A stretch of 64,000 nucleotides of DNA from Calditrichales bacterium (lineage in GTDB: Bacteria > Calditrichota > Calditrichia > Calditrichales > J004), in NCBI GenBank assembly GCA_965267575.1, contig OZ254086.1, forward strand, positions 1,792,001 through 1,856,000, read 5' to 3'. The first letter of the stretch is position 1, and each line of letters begins with the position of its first letter. Positions 32,878 to 42,900 of the stretch are shown here, in pieces. The translations under genes and the position numbers were made by a program. The notes under the pieces are model-generated. The model ran no database searches, was not told where the DNA came from, and worked only from the letters and a program-made list of their open reading frames with translations.

Positions 32878-35367
32878 ATGAAGATATCGGTTTTTATTTT
32901 GATTTTTTTTGTTTTTGCCGCGCTGGTCACGGCGCAACCCCTTTCTGAACATAAAGGCATCCACCAGGTGCATTGGGAAAAATTTTCTAAAGATACCCCC
33001 GATTTTACGGCGCCCGATCCGCCTGCTAAGGGCATTATTCCTCTGCAGCCACGCCTTGCCAAAAGCGACCTGTCCGCGAAAGTGTTTGGTTTCCTGCCTG
33101 ATTGGGAATACCCGGGGGCTATGAATAACCTGCGATTCGATCTTCTGACCCACATTGCCGCTTTTGATTTTACGGTTAATGAAAACGGGCAGATCAGCAA
33201 TCCCGCGCGCTGGCCCTGGACCGATCTGATCAATGAAGCGCACAGTAACGGCGTAAAGGTTATCCTTACGGCGGTCAGCTTTGATGGCTTTGTGGTGCAT
33301 GAACTGATCACCAATTCCGGCGCAAAAAACGCCTTCTTCAATAATCTAAAAAATAAAATGCGCACCTATAACCTCGACGGCGTTAATATTGATTTTGAAA
33401 ATTTCTATGAAAGCGATCGCGGCGCGCCGATCAATAATTTTATGGCCGATCTTACAAAGTTTTTGCACGATTCCATCCCCGGCAGTGAAGTGAGCATAGA
33501 CGGCCCTGCTGTGAATTGGGGAGATCATTGGGATTTTGAAGGTCTGGCCAACTCCTGTGATTATATCTTTATTATGGGCTATGCCTTTGCCGGAAGCTGG
33601 AGCGATTTTACCGCCTCAACGGCGCCGCTTACCGGCGGCACTTATAACATCACCAACACCGTTAAGGTGGAGTACAATGACGTGACATTCAGCCAGCCAG
33701 AAAAGTTGATTTTAGGCGTACCCTATTACGGGCACAGATGGCAAGCCGTAGACGGCAGCGCGCACGCCGCCATTGAGGATTTTGAGGGTTCTTATTTTTA
33801 TCGCAGCGCCGCTTCCGGGTTTGCCAATTACGGGACTTTGTGGGATACGCCGACCTCATCGCCGTGGTACCGTTACCAGAGCGCCGGCGAATGGTACCAG
33901 GTTTGGTGCGAGAACGAGCGCAGCCTCGACGAAAAATTCGATCTTGCCGATACGTATGGTCTTGGCGGTGTAGGCATGTGGGCGTTGAACTACGACGGCA
34001 GCCGTAACGAATTCTGGGAAGTGATCCGCCAGCATTACGCGTCGGGCAATCCCGTTTTGCCTTACGAGCCGCGCGGACTGCAGGTGACAAAAGATCAATC
34101 CGGTGATCTGGAAGTCGGCTTTGAAGCCGTTCCGGAAGCTAGCAGTTACTATGTTTACATTAGCGAAGATGGCCTTGCGTTTAATGATTCGGTCAATTCA
34201 GTTGCCACCACGGTAACCTTTGAAGGGCTGAATAGCGGGCAGAATTATTTCTTCCGCGTATGCGCTATTAATGATGCCGGGGCCGGACCCGTAACGGGCG
34301 TGCTGGCAGCAACAGCCGGTTTGAGCGACAGCACTGTTTTGATCGTTGACGGGTTTGACCGCACCAGCGGCACCAGCAACCCGCGAAATTATATCCGCCG
34401 GCATGCCGACGCCTTTGAGGACCTCGGTATATCGTTTGTTTCGGCCAGCAACGAGGCTGTTCAAAGCGGCGCTGTTTTGCTGGAAGATTACCCGATCGTC
34501 AATTGGTTTCTTGGCGACGAAAGCACGGCAGACGATACCTTTAATCCCGCTGAGCAGAGCAAGGTGAAGTCTTACCTGCAGCATGGGGGAAATCTGCTGG
34601 TAAGCGGTGCCGAAGTGGGCTGGGACCTGGTGTCCCAGGGCAACGACAGTGACAACACTTTTTACCGTGATTATTTGAAAGCTTCTTATGTGAGCGACGC
34701 ACCCAACAATAATAAATCAACATATTACACTGCCGGGGGGATGGCTTCTACACCGTTCGCTTCTGCCGGAATGTTTGATTTTGACGATGGAAATTACGGT
34801 ACGTTTGATGTTGACTGGCCTGATGCGATAAAAGGCGCAACAGGCGGTCAGCTTGGTTTTTCCTTTGATGGCGTCAATACGTCTTCCGGTGGTGCGGGTA
34901 TCTATTATAGCGGTACGTTTGGTTCATCGCAGCAGGCGTCGCGGCTGGTTTATCTATCCGTGCCCGTGGAGACCGTTTACCCGCTGGAGAAGCGTGTTGA
35001 TCTTTTACAAAGCATTATGGATTTTTTTGATGAGCCGCTGACAACCATAGAAGACAAAAAAGTTATAAGCGCGAATGATTTCCGGCTTTTGCCCAATTAT
35101 CCCAATCCTTTCAATCCCTCTACAACCATACGTTTTGTGGCACCGTCATCGGGCGAAGCGTTTTTGCAGGTGTATGACATTCAGGGCCGGGTAATTACGG
35201 CATCGCGGCGCAATATTACGCAAAGCGGCGAAGTGTCCTGGCAGTGGCCGGCAAATGGCATGGACACAGGTAACCTCTCCAGCGGGGTCTACATCTACAG
35301 GGTCATCTTTGAAACAAAAAACGGCCACCGTGTTAGTGCCGATGGCCGTATGAATCTCATTCGCTGA
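32878..35367 (+). CDS. Secreted GH18 glycoside hydrolase with FN3 domain and C-terminal sorting domain
   Basis: Signal peptide; DGVNIDFE catalytic motif; IMGY, LGVPYYG, GVGMWAL; FN3 (YFFRVCAIN); NYPNPFNPSTTI...SSGVYIY. Confidence 0.88.
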   Translation: MKISVFILIFFVFAALVTAQPLSEHKGIHQVHWEKFSKDTPDFTAPDPPAKGIIPLQPRLAKSDLSAKVFGFLPDWEYPGAMNNLRFDLLTHIAAFDFTVNENGQISNPARWPWTDLINEAHSNGVKVILTAVSFDGFVVHELITNSGAKNAFFNNLKNKMRTYNLDGVNIDFENFYESDRGAPINNFMADLTKFLHDSIPGSEVSIDGPAVNWGDHWDFEGLANSCDYIFIMGYAFAGSWSDFTASTAPLTGGTYNITNTVKVEYNDVTFSQPEKLILGVPYYGHRWQAVDGSAHAAIEDFEGSYFYRSAASGFANYGTLWDTPTSSPWYRYQSAGEWYQVWCENERSLDEKFDLADTYGLGGVGMWALNYDGSRNEFWEVIRQHYASGNPVLPYEPRGLQVTKDQSGDLEVGFEAVPEASSYYVYISEDGLAFNDSVNSVATTVTFEGLNSGQNYFFRVCAINDAGAGPVTGVLAATAGLSDSTVLIVDGFDRTSGTSNPRNYIRRHADAFEDLGISFVSASNEAVQSGAVLLEDYPIVNWFLGDESTADDTFNPAEQSKVKSYLQHGGNLLVSGAEVGWDLVSQGNDSDNTFYRDYLKASYVSDAPNNNKSTYYTAGGMASTPFASAGMFDFDDGNYGTFDVDWPDAIKGATGGQLGFSFDGVNTSSGGAGIYYSGTFGSSQQASRLVYLSVPVETVYPLEKRVDLLQSIMDFFDEPLTTIEDKKVISANDFRLLPNYPNPFNPSTTIRFVAPSSGEAFLQVYDIQGRVITASRRNITQSGEVSWQWPANGMDTGNLSSGVYIYRVIFETKNGHRVSADGRMNLIR

Positions 35368-35369
35368 TT

Positions 35370-37520
35370 CTATTTTTCCGTCATGGTGGTTACACCGTCC
35401 CAGTCCGGAGCGGGCTCGTTGATCTTATACTCCAGGCAGCGCTTGCGGTACATTTTGGACGGGTAGTCATCGGGGTAAAGGTTCAGGCAAAAATCGAAAT
35501 AATCGATGGCCTGGCGCCAGGCACGGTTGCGGAATGCACTGACCCCGCGCTGGTACACCGAAAGCATTTCCAGGTATTTGCTGGGCAGCTTTTCATCACG
35601 CTCGGCGATAAGCTCAAACACCTCGATCGGCTTATCTTTACCCTTAACTTTAATCAGGTCCAACGGCCTGGTGTAAAAATCATTTTTTACATATTCGTAG
35701 GTGAATTCGCTGATCATGATCAACGTGTCATAGAACTTGTTAGCCCCTTCCAGACGCGCGCCAAGGTTTACGTGGTCGCCCATAACCGTATAGTCAAAAA
35801 CAGTCTGTGATCCCATGTTGCCGACAATCACTTCACCGGTGTTAATGCCAACCCGGGCCTGCAGCGCGGGTCTGCCCTCGGCTTTCCACTTTTCGCGCAT
35901 TTGGGCCAGCTTTTTCTGCATTTGCAGGGCTGTGCGGCACGCTGCCTGGGGGTGCTCTTCATAGGGTACCGGCACGCCAAACTCGGCCATGATCGCGTCG
36001 CCCTCATACTTATCAATAATACCGTTATTAGCCAGAACGATATCAGTCATAGCTGTCAGGTATTCATTCAGCAGTGTTACCAGCTCACGCGGCGTCAGCT
36101 TTTCCGATATGCTGGTAAAACCGGCCACGTCGGAGAACAGCACGCTGACCACTCGCTCTTCGCCGCCAAGCTGCAATTTATCAGGATTGTTTATAATCTC
36201 CTGAACGACACCTTCCGGCACGTAGTGGGCAAAGGCACCGCGCAACACCTTTTTCTCCCTCTGCGTTTCCAGGTATTGGTAAACCGTATGACCCACATAA
36301 GCGAAAACAATCACCAGGATAGGGTTGACCATGGGCATGACCAGGCTGTCACTCAAAAATAAACCCATTGACAGGGCGATGTAGCCCAACACCAGCAGCA
36401 CTGCGACGATGGTTGACCAAAGCGTGGGCAGAAACCGCGTGATAAGCCATACCAGAACAATCGCCAGAACAACAATCAGAATATGTGTGAAAAACGGTAC
36501 TTGGTAGAGATAATTGTTGTTCATCATTGTCAGCAGGGCGTTGGCGTGGATTTCCACCCCGGGCATTTCCACCTTAACGGGATTACCCTGATCGTCGGTA
36601 TATTCTAGGAAAGGCGTCGGGAAATTATCGTGCAGCTCCTGCATTGTGGCGCCTATCAACACGATTTTATCTTTCAGCTCGCCCGTGTACTTGAGGCCCG
36701 GTGGCAAGCCAAACTCAACATCGCCCGGATCATCGAACACGTCCAGGTCATAGTCCAGGTTGATGTCGAATTCGGAATCATCCAGCACGTTGACGAAAGA
36801 GTAATACTGAAAACTGTATGCCGGTCCGTGAAAATTGATCAGCATACCGCTTTGCTCATATTTGGGTATAATGCGGTCGTTCACAATGAATGCGCCAGGG
36901 TTGTTCTCCAGTTCAAGATCGGGGTCGTTGTTATACAGGCTCATAATGTGCGCGGCGAATGAACCGAACATCGAATCCTGATGGGCGTCGGCGACAAGAT
37001 AGCGGCGGTAAAAGCCATCCGCGTCGGCTTCGATCGCCACAATACCCCATGGTGTATCGTTTACCTGGAACTTTTCATATGGCGGTATGATTGTGGAGTA
37101 TTTGCGCTGCGTGGAGCGCAGCAGCTTACCGGCAAGAACCACGTTGTCGTTTTCAGCCAGTACCCTGGAAAGCTCATCATCATTTTCCGGACTGTACTTG
37201 TCCGGCTGGTCAAAAATAACGTCTACCCCGATTACCGCTGCACCTGCTTCATTGAGATTTTCAATAACATGGGCGAAATAGGAACGCGGCCAGGGCCAGC
37301 GATGTGCGGTCGCTTCATCGGACTGATCGTCGATTGCCAGAATAACAATCGGGTTGTCTTCCGGCACGACCGGCCCGCGCAATTCATAACGCATGTCCAG
37401 AAATTTCAGTTCAAGGATTTGCAGCGTATCGGTCAGGCTGAGAATATAGGCCAGAAGCACCGCCACAATGCTGATGCCGATCGTTTGAAGAGTACCTGAT
37501 CCTTTCTTCTGTTGTGCCAT
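35370..37520 (-). CDS. CHASE2-domain class III adenylate/guanylate cyclase
   Basis: CHASE2 (WPWPRS, GVDVIF, PGVEIHA), 3 TM, VLFSDVAGFT, DKYEGDA, DYTVMGDHVNLGARLE, VKGK. Confidence 0.93.
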   Translation of the reverse strand: MAQQKKGSGTLQTIGISIVAVLLAYILSLTDTLQILELKFLDMRYELRGPVVPEDNPIVILAIDDQSDEATAHRWPWPRSYFAHVIENLNEAGAAVIGVDVIFDQPDKYSPENDDELSRVLAENDNVVLAGKLLRSTQRKYSTIIPPYEKFQVNDTPWGIVAIEADADGFYRRYLVADAHQDSMFGSFAAHIMSLYNNDPDLELENNPGAFIVNDRIIPKYEQSGMLINFHGPAYSFQYYSFVNVLDDSEFDINLDYDLDVFDDPGDVEFGLPPGLKYTGELKDKIVLIGATMQELHDNFPTPFLEYTDDQGNPVKVEMPGVEIHANALLTMMNNNYLYQVPFFTHILIVVLAIVLVWLITRFLPTLWSTIVAVLLVLGYIALSMGLFLSDSLVMPMVNPILVIVFAYVGHTVYQYLETQREKKVLRGAFAHYVPEGVVQEIINNPDKLQLGGEERVVSVLFSDVAGFTSISEKLTPRELVTLLNEYLTAMTDIVLANNGIIDKYEGDAIMAEFGVPVPYEEHPQAACRTALQMQKKLAQMREKWKAEGRPALQARVGINTGEVIVGNMGSQTVFDYTVMGDHVNLGARLEGANKFYDTLIMISEFTYEYVKNDFYTRPLDLIKVKGKDKPIEVFELIAERDEKLPSKYLEMLSVYQRGVSAFRNRAWRQAIDYFDFCLNLYPDDYPSKMYRKRCLEYKINEPAPDWDGVTTMTEK

Positions 37521-37543
37521 GATAGATCCCCGTTTCTGAAAAT

Positions 37544-37580
37544 AAGAAAAACGGCACCACTGTTTTGCAATGGTGCCGTT
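37544..37580 (-). terminator. Intrinsic terminator-like hairpin after 812-aa gene
   Basis: minus strand AACGGCACCATTG-loop-CAGTGGTGCCGTT followed by T-rich tail. Confidence 0.7.
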
Positions 37581-37600
37581 GGCTTGCTTTTAATTTTAGA

Positions 37601-40039
37601 TCAGAATGTTACATCGTAGCGGGTTACGATGATCGTATCCTGGTAATCAATGTTTGGCCTGTCACCATAGTCGATGTAATCCATGCGCAGCGACAGATTG
37701 CCAAGATCGCGGGAGTTAAAAAACAATCCTGCACTGTAGTTCAGGCGATTGTAATTTTGGTCGAACGTGCTGCTTACATTGTCAACCTGCTGTAAGCCCA
37801 GCGTGAAAAAGGGCTTAATGTTTACATCAGCAAAAGCTTTATCAAAACGGTATTCAACGTGTCCGAAAAAGCGGTTTATGTCGTTCGTCGTTTCGTTGCT
37901 GGCGTTTTCACCCAGCGTACTGGTCGATTGCGAAAACCCGAAACGCGTCGTCAACGGAAACTCCCAGTCGTTTTTAACCGACAGGCTGAATACGTTAAAG
38001 TCGGAATTGTTGGAAATATCCATCGAGTCACCGGCGGCCGGTGTCATGGTGTTTTCAACGCGGGTCAGGAAGTTATTGTCACGCGCAACGTTTGAAACGG
38101 AGAATGTAGCCGTATTGCGAATACTGCCTGTGAAAAACGAATAGGTTGAGGCCAGGCTGACACGCTGCGTTGTATTGTCTTCAGGATAAAGCGCCCCACC
38201 GCGGTAAATGTTGTCCGGCGGTGTGTTCCCATTATCGCGAGACTGGTTCCCGAAGGAAAGCGTAATGCTGGGCAGGCTCTGCAACGGGAAGTAGGACAAT
38301 GATGCTCCAAGGTCACTGTTATCGGTTTCAGCGTTTTCCTGAGACAGGTTGTCCGTGTAGTTTTTATAGTAAAGATTCAGGAAAACCTGGTTTTCAAAAA
38401 GACGGATGTTGTCCGTAATAAAGAAACCGCGAATGCCCTTAAGCAAATAGGGGTTACCGGCTGTCACGTAGTCGGCTTCAATGTTTTTATAGGTGAAGCG
38501 CAGATTGTTATTAAAATAATTGAGCGCCATTTCAAACTGCATAGCCAGGTTGGGCAGGGGAGCAAGGCCTTGTGTCAATGTGAGAAAACCTGTCGACTCC
38601 ATGAAGTTAACAAAGCTCTCGGCCAGGTCCTTTTCCGAGCCTTCCAGTTCATATCTGTCTGCCAGCGTATCAAAGTCAACTTCCGTGGTAGCGTCGCTGT
38701 TGGCGATACTGGCCTGCACACTGCTCATAATACGCACACGGCTGGCATCAAAATTCAGATTCAGCGTTGTACCTAATACCAGTGATTCCCGCGGGTTGGC
38801 TCCAAACTTAATCGAACCCGGATCTTCTTTGCCGTTTACCAGATTCAGTCCCCAGTCCACGTGTTTCCCGAAGTGGAAAACCGGGCGTATCGCTAAAAAG
38901 CTTTGCTCGTACGTCCCAAAACGCGTGATAGTCGTATCACTGCCCGCAATAGTCGCTTCGCCTTCCACGCCTTTTGCAGTCTGGCCGGCGGTTACATCAA
39001 GGTCAAAAAACGAAGATTTCATTCCAACGCCAAAACCCAGCACCCGGCGGTTCCAGAAAACAAGCGGATCATAGTCGCCGCTGAAATCACCACCGCGCAC
39101 ATACATGCGAAAATCGGGCGAGAAGTTATAGGCGACATAAGCGCCCACGCGGTTGGGGCTCTGCCCGCTAAAACCCTCGTCGGAACTAAAACGCCCGCGC
39201 AGGTAAAAATCCCAGGCGTTGTATCCGGCATCCCAGTCAAAACCTCCGCGGAAGAAATTATCGTCGCGCTTGCTAATGTTCTGATAGCGGTTATCTGCAA
39301 ACAGCGTTGTACGTTGGCGGAAACCGGCTTCGGCAGCGGAAGCACTGCTGGAGACACGGAAAGACCATTCGGTGGAGCCAACGGGATTACCGTTGCTATC
39401 AAATAACTTAAATTCCACGTTATGGATACCGGTACGGATATTTTGTGGTGAGAACGTATAAAGTGTACCGTCACGATCCATCAGGGTCGTAACGTTTACG
39501 CCGTCAATCAGAAGGCGCGTCCGGTCATGGTCGATCGCCGCATCGGCATCAGGTACCGAAATGGCCAGCAGCAGTTCATCCTGCGGCACAACATCATTCG
39601 GCTCCGGGCTCAGTATCAAAATTTCCACGCGTGATTGATAGGCAGCGGCCGGACCTTCACTGCCCGCGCTCAGGATAAAACTGAGCGGCTCATTGGCTGC
39701 GTTGGCCTCGGGATAGGTAAAAACATTGCCATCCATGGTTTGCATGGCAAAGTAATACTCCACATGCCCGCTATTTATCTGCGACGTGTTGAGTGTAGCC
39801 GACATGGTATAACCCTGTTCCTGCATGGGGACCGAGAGGTAATCGGCCTGGCCGCGCTCACGATAGAATAGCCGGCCCTCATAAATATTGGCATCAAAAG
39901 ACATGATGTTCAGGTCCAGGCGCAGCGCCTCTCCCTTTACGGCACTCTCTGGCTGGTAATGTACAAACACCGGAACGCCGGCAAAGAGATAGCTACATCC
40001 TGCAATTAACAATCCATAAAGTATATGGCGCATTTTCAT
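37601..40039 (-). CDS. Hypothetical outer membrane protein (N-terminal Ig-like domains, C-terminal beta-barrel)
   Basis: Signal peptide; alternating aromatic beta-strands; ends RYDVTF (BAM-type signal). Confidence 0.7.
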   Translation of the reverse strand: MKMRHILYGLLIAGCSYLFAGVPVFVHYQPESAVKGEALRLDLNIMSFDANIYEGRLFYRERGQADYLSVPMQEQGYTMSATLNTSQINSGHVEYYFAMQTMDGNVFTYPEANAANEPLSFILSAGSEGPAAAYQSRVEILILSPEPNDVVPQDELLLAISVPDADAAIDHDRTRLLIDGVNVTTLMDRDGTLYTFSPQNIRTGIHNVEFKLFDSNGNPVGSTEWSFRVSSSASAAEAGFRQRTTLFADNRYQNISKRDDNFFRGGFDWDAGYNAWDFYLRGRFSSDEGFSGQSPNRVGAYVAYNFSPDFRMYVRGGDFSGDYDPLVFWNRRVLGFGVGMKSSFFDLDVTAGQTAKGVEGEATIAGSDTTITRFGTYEQSFLAIRPVFHFGKHVDWGLNLVNGKEDPGSIKFGANPRESLVLGTTLNLNFDASRVRIMSSVQASIANSDATTEVDFDTLADRYELEGSEKDLAESFVNFMESTGFLTLTQGLAPLPNLAMQFEMALNYFNNNLRFTYKNIEADYVTAGNPYLLKGIRGFFITDNIRLFENQVFLNLYYKNYTDNLSQENAETDNSDLGASLSYFPLQSLPSITLSFGNQSRDNGNTPPDNIYRGGALYPEDNTTQRVSLASTYSFFTGSIRNTATFSVSNVARDNNFLTRVENTMTPAAGDSMDISNNSDFNVFSLSVKNDWEFPLTTRFGFSQSTSTLGENASNETTNDINRFFGHVEYRFDKAFADVNIKPFFTLGLQQVDNVSSTFDQNYNRLNYSAGLFFNSRDLGNLSLRMDYIDYGDRPNIDYQDTIIVTRYDVTF

Positions 40040-40062
40040 TTGATCTCTCCTTCAGGCGCTTT

Positions 40063-40743
40063 TTATTCTTTTTCGGCTTTAAATTTTAACAGCTTGTTTT
40101 GTCCCCGATCGTTTTCAAACTCGAATTCAAATTCATCCGGTGTGTCATCATCGCCATCAAGGGACGGCTTTTCACCCGGCTTTGTCTTTGTTACGATGGG
40201 TTTGCTGTTTTGCGAGCTGACGTAGCCTTTTTCGCCTTTATTGAGTAAGGCGGTTCCGGCTTCGTTTTCGATCTCGATAACGCCTTCTTCGCCAAAGTAG
40301 GTGGTAGCGCCTTTAAACTCCTGGATTGTCCAGAATATGGTGCCCTTTACCGATGCCACAGACGTGGGTGTCGTAACGCGGTATGGGCTGCGCTGGCGGG
40401 TGATTTTGGAAAATATGGTACCTACTTCCACAAAAATGTTTTTTGCTACGGACTGGTTCTCTTTTTTGGTGTTAACCGTACAGGTGCTGTTGGGACGAAC
40501 ACGAAGCAGACTGTTGTCATCAAGAAATTTGATGGCAACACGGCCGGTTTTGTTGGTGGTAATTTTGTCGCCATCGGCAAGTTTGGTTCCGCGTTTTGCT
40601 TCAACCGATTTACCGGTTTCTTCATTCTTGATGCTTACGCCACCGCTGGCCTTTATCACAATAGCTACGGGATCATCGGCAGCCAGGTATCCGATAAAAA
40701 AAGTTATAAAAAGGGTTGTCAGCAGAATTGACAGCTTTTTCAT
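40063..40743 (-). CDS. Exported FecR-domain protein
   Basis: GDKITT...GRVAIKFLDDNSLLRVRPNS, VTTPTSVASVKGT, EGVIEI. Confidence 0.85.
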   Translation of the reverse strand: MKKLSILLTTLFITFFIGYLAADDPVAIVIKASGGVSIKNEETGKSVEAKRGTKLADGDKITTNKTGRVAIKFLDDNSLLRVRPNSTCTVNTKKENQSVAKNIFVEVGTIFSKITRQRSPYRVTTPTSVASVKGTIFWTIQEFKGATTYFGEEGVIEIENEAGTALLNKGEKGYVSSQNSKPIVTKTKPGEKPSLDGDDDTPDEFEFEFENDRGQNKLLKFKAEKE

Positions 40744-40754
40744 TAGGGGCCTCC

Positions 40755-41906
40755 TTAGTTGCTGCTGATAATATTCAAATCCTTGATCTCAACATTCTGA
40801 TCACGATAGCGTTCCAGGATTTGATAGAGTTCCTGCGGCGAAACAGCGGAACCGTTAAAGCGAATTGTTTTCAGATCATAATTATCAAGTTGACGGATTA
40901 TTTCTTCGGCGCGGTTACCCAGGAGCTGCCTTAAAAGCTGTTCCAGTTCCTGCTTGGCCATGCTGTTTTCAGAAAAACCACCGGCGGCCGGGTCAACGAC
41001 TGTAAAGGACCAGATTTCACTTATAACTTCGTTCTCCCCGGATGAGGTCTGAATGAACGATTTTACCAGCCATACATATGAACCGCCGTATTCCAGCGGT
41101 ACGGCAGGTGCGCCGCTGGGGCCCGTTCCGTCCGGGTACTGCAGCGACAGACTGTTCAACCGGCCCGAGGCATATACCGGCACGGTATTCAGGATGTCCT
41201 CAATGGAGCCAAATTCATTGCGCTTTTTAAACACTACAAGCTGATACTCGCCACTGTTGCCGTTCCAGTTAAAGACAGGCTGCGTCGTGTAAACCTCATA
41301 GTCGATACCGGAGTTTACGTTTGCTCCCGGAGACACAAGGTTGATCAATGTGGGATTGGAAATACTGAAGTTTCTGCTGGTGCCGCCCTGCAGGTCATCC
41401 TGCGCCGGGTTCTTTATTCTGTTTTGAGATTGATAAGCGTTTATAGTTAGCTGGTATTCACCAACCGGAAGCTGGCCGGAACTAAGGATATTGCTGCGCA
41501 GATCTTCGGCCGCTTCGTTAATTCCGCTGTCACTGATGCGGACGATTGTGTTCGAGTTTGTGGGGTCAAAGGCAAATGTTCCGTTTGAAAGCGCGACATT
41601 GTCAAGCGTACCCATCGCACCAGCCGGCACCGTAAAGAAATCCGTTTCCGAGAAAGCCAGCAGTTCGCCGTTTACCGCAAAATCAATCCGCAAATAGGTA
41701 TTTGTAAGCTGTTGGCCGCTCGTGTTGGTTATACTCATACGGAACAACTGCTCCGAAGTACCAACCTGCAGAAAGTCCAGATCGGAAATAAAAACGGACT
41801 GATAACGCTCCAGCCCTAAATCTTCCACGACAATATTTAACTGGGCGTGCGCAAAGTTAAAACAGGCAAACACCAGTATCATTTGCCAAAGTTTGGAAAA
41901 ACGCAT
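40755..41906 (-). CDS. Secreted hypothetical protein (Ig/FN3-like strands)
   Basis: GGAGG RBS before ATG 41906; signal peptide ending AHA-Q; LEYGGSYVWLVK...SEIWSFTV. Confidence 0.75.
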   Translation of the reverse strand: MRFSKLWQMILVFACFNFAHAQLNIVVEDLGLERYQSVFISDLDFLQVGTSEQLFRMSITNTSGQQLTNTYLRIDFAVNGELLAFSETDFFTVPAGAMGTLDNVALSNGTFAFDPTNSNTIVRISDSGINEAAEDLRSNILSSGQLPVGEYQLTINAYQSQNRIKNPAQDDLQGGTSRNFSISNPTLINLVSPGANVNSGIDYEVYTTQPVFNWNGNSGEYQLVVFKKRNEFGSIEDILNTVPVYASGRLNSLSLQYPDGTGPSGAPAVPLEYGGSYVWLVKSFIQTSSGENEVISEIWSFTVVDPAAGGFSENSMAKQELEQLLRQLLGNRAEEIIRQLDNYDLKTIRFNGSAVSPQELYQILERYRDQNVEIKDLNIISSN

Positions 41907-42011
41907 TGTGGATATCCTCCTTTTAGTGGAACGAAACAGGCCGGACATATGCCCGCCTCGAAAGATATGATGTTAGCAATCTCAAAGAGTTCAAGGTGTG
42001 ATTTATGTCCG

Positions 42012-42040
42012 ATTATACAGAGCGACTGGTTTGAAAGCAA
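42012..42040 (-). promoter_or_regulatory. Putative sigma70 promoter for FecR/OMP operon
   Basis: TTGCTT-N17-TATAAT on minus strand. Confidence 0.6.
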
Positions 42041-42066
42041 ACCCCGAAATAACAAAAAATGCTGCC

Positions 42067-42900
42067 TTATAACTGCGAAATCAGCGGCTTGAAAACATCT
42101 TCTATTATTTTGGAAACAAGCGTCATAAACGTGGATTTCACTTTCTGAGCTGTCTCGGTCACATCATCATGGCTTAACCTGGCGGAAGATATGCCGGTGG
42201 CAAAATTGGTAATGCAGGATAAGCCTACCGTTTGCAGGCCAAGGGCATTAGCGCGGATAACCTCTGGTGCCGTGGACATGCTCGCCGCGTCTCCGCCCAT
42301 ACGGCGGATCATCTGCACTTCCGCGCTGGTCTCGTATGTCGGTCCGCTGGAAGCCCATAAAACGCCTTTTTTTAGATTGATTCCGTTGTCCAGTGCGCAC
42401 CGCTCTATGGCAGGATGCAGGTCGTCCGAATAGGGAGCGGACATATCGCTGAACTGGGCAATGCCGCGTAACGGCGAGTTGAAGAAAAAATTAACCTGGT
42501 CGGTGATAAGCATCAGATCCCCGGGGATAAGGCGCGGATTGGTGCTGCCTGCTGCGTTTGTGACCATTAACAGTTTTACACCCATGGCATGCATAATATC
42601 CACCACGTAGCTCACCTTTTGCAGAGAGTAGCCTTCATAAAAATGCGTTCGGCCCTGCACAGCCAGCAGGTTTACGCCTTTATGCCTGCCGAAGACCAGG
42701 TAACCTTTGTGGCCCGATACGGTGGATTTGGGATAATGGGGCAGGGAGGAGGTGGCGATCCTTACGGCCTCTTCAAAGCCATCCGCAAAATCGCCGAGGC
42801 CGCTTCCAAGTATCAGGCCCACGCGGGGCTTAGGCGGCTTATGCTTCTCAATCCCGGCAACGGTTTCCCGAAGCTGTCTGCTAAGATTTTCTTTGTTCAT
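42067..42900 (-). CDS. punA: Purine nucleoside phosphorylase
   Basis: LILGSGLG, GRTHFYEG, TNAAG, GPTYET, MSTAPE, ITNFA. Confidence 0.92.
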   Translation of the reverse strand: MNKENLSRQLRETVAGIEKHKPPKPRVGLILGSGLGDFADGFEEAVRIATSSLPHYPKSTVSGHKGYLVFGRHKGVNLLAVQGRTHFYEGYSLQKVSYVVDIMHAMGVKLLMVTNAAGSTNPRLIPGDLMLITDQVNFFFNSPLRGIAQFSDMSAPYSDDLHPAIERCALDNGINLKKGVLWASSGPTYETSAEVQMIRRMGGDAASMSTAPEVIRANALGLQTVGLSCITNFATGISSARLSHDDVTETAQKVKSTFMTLVSKIIEDVFKPLISQL

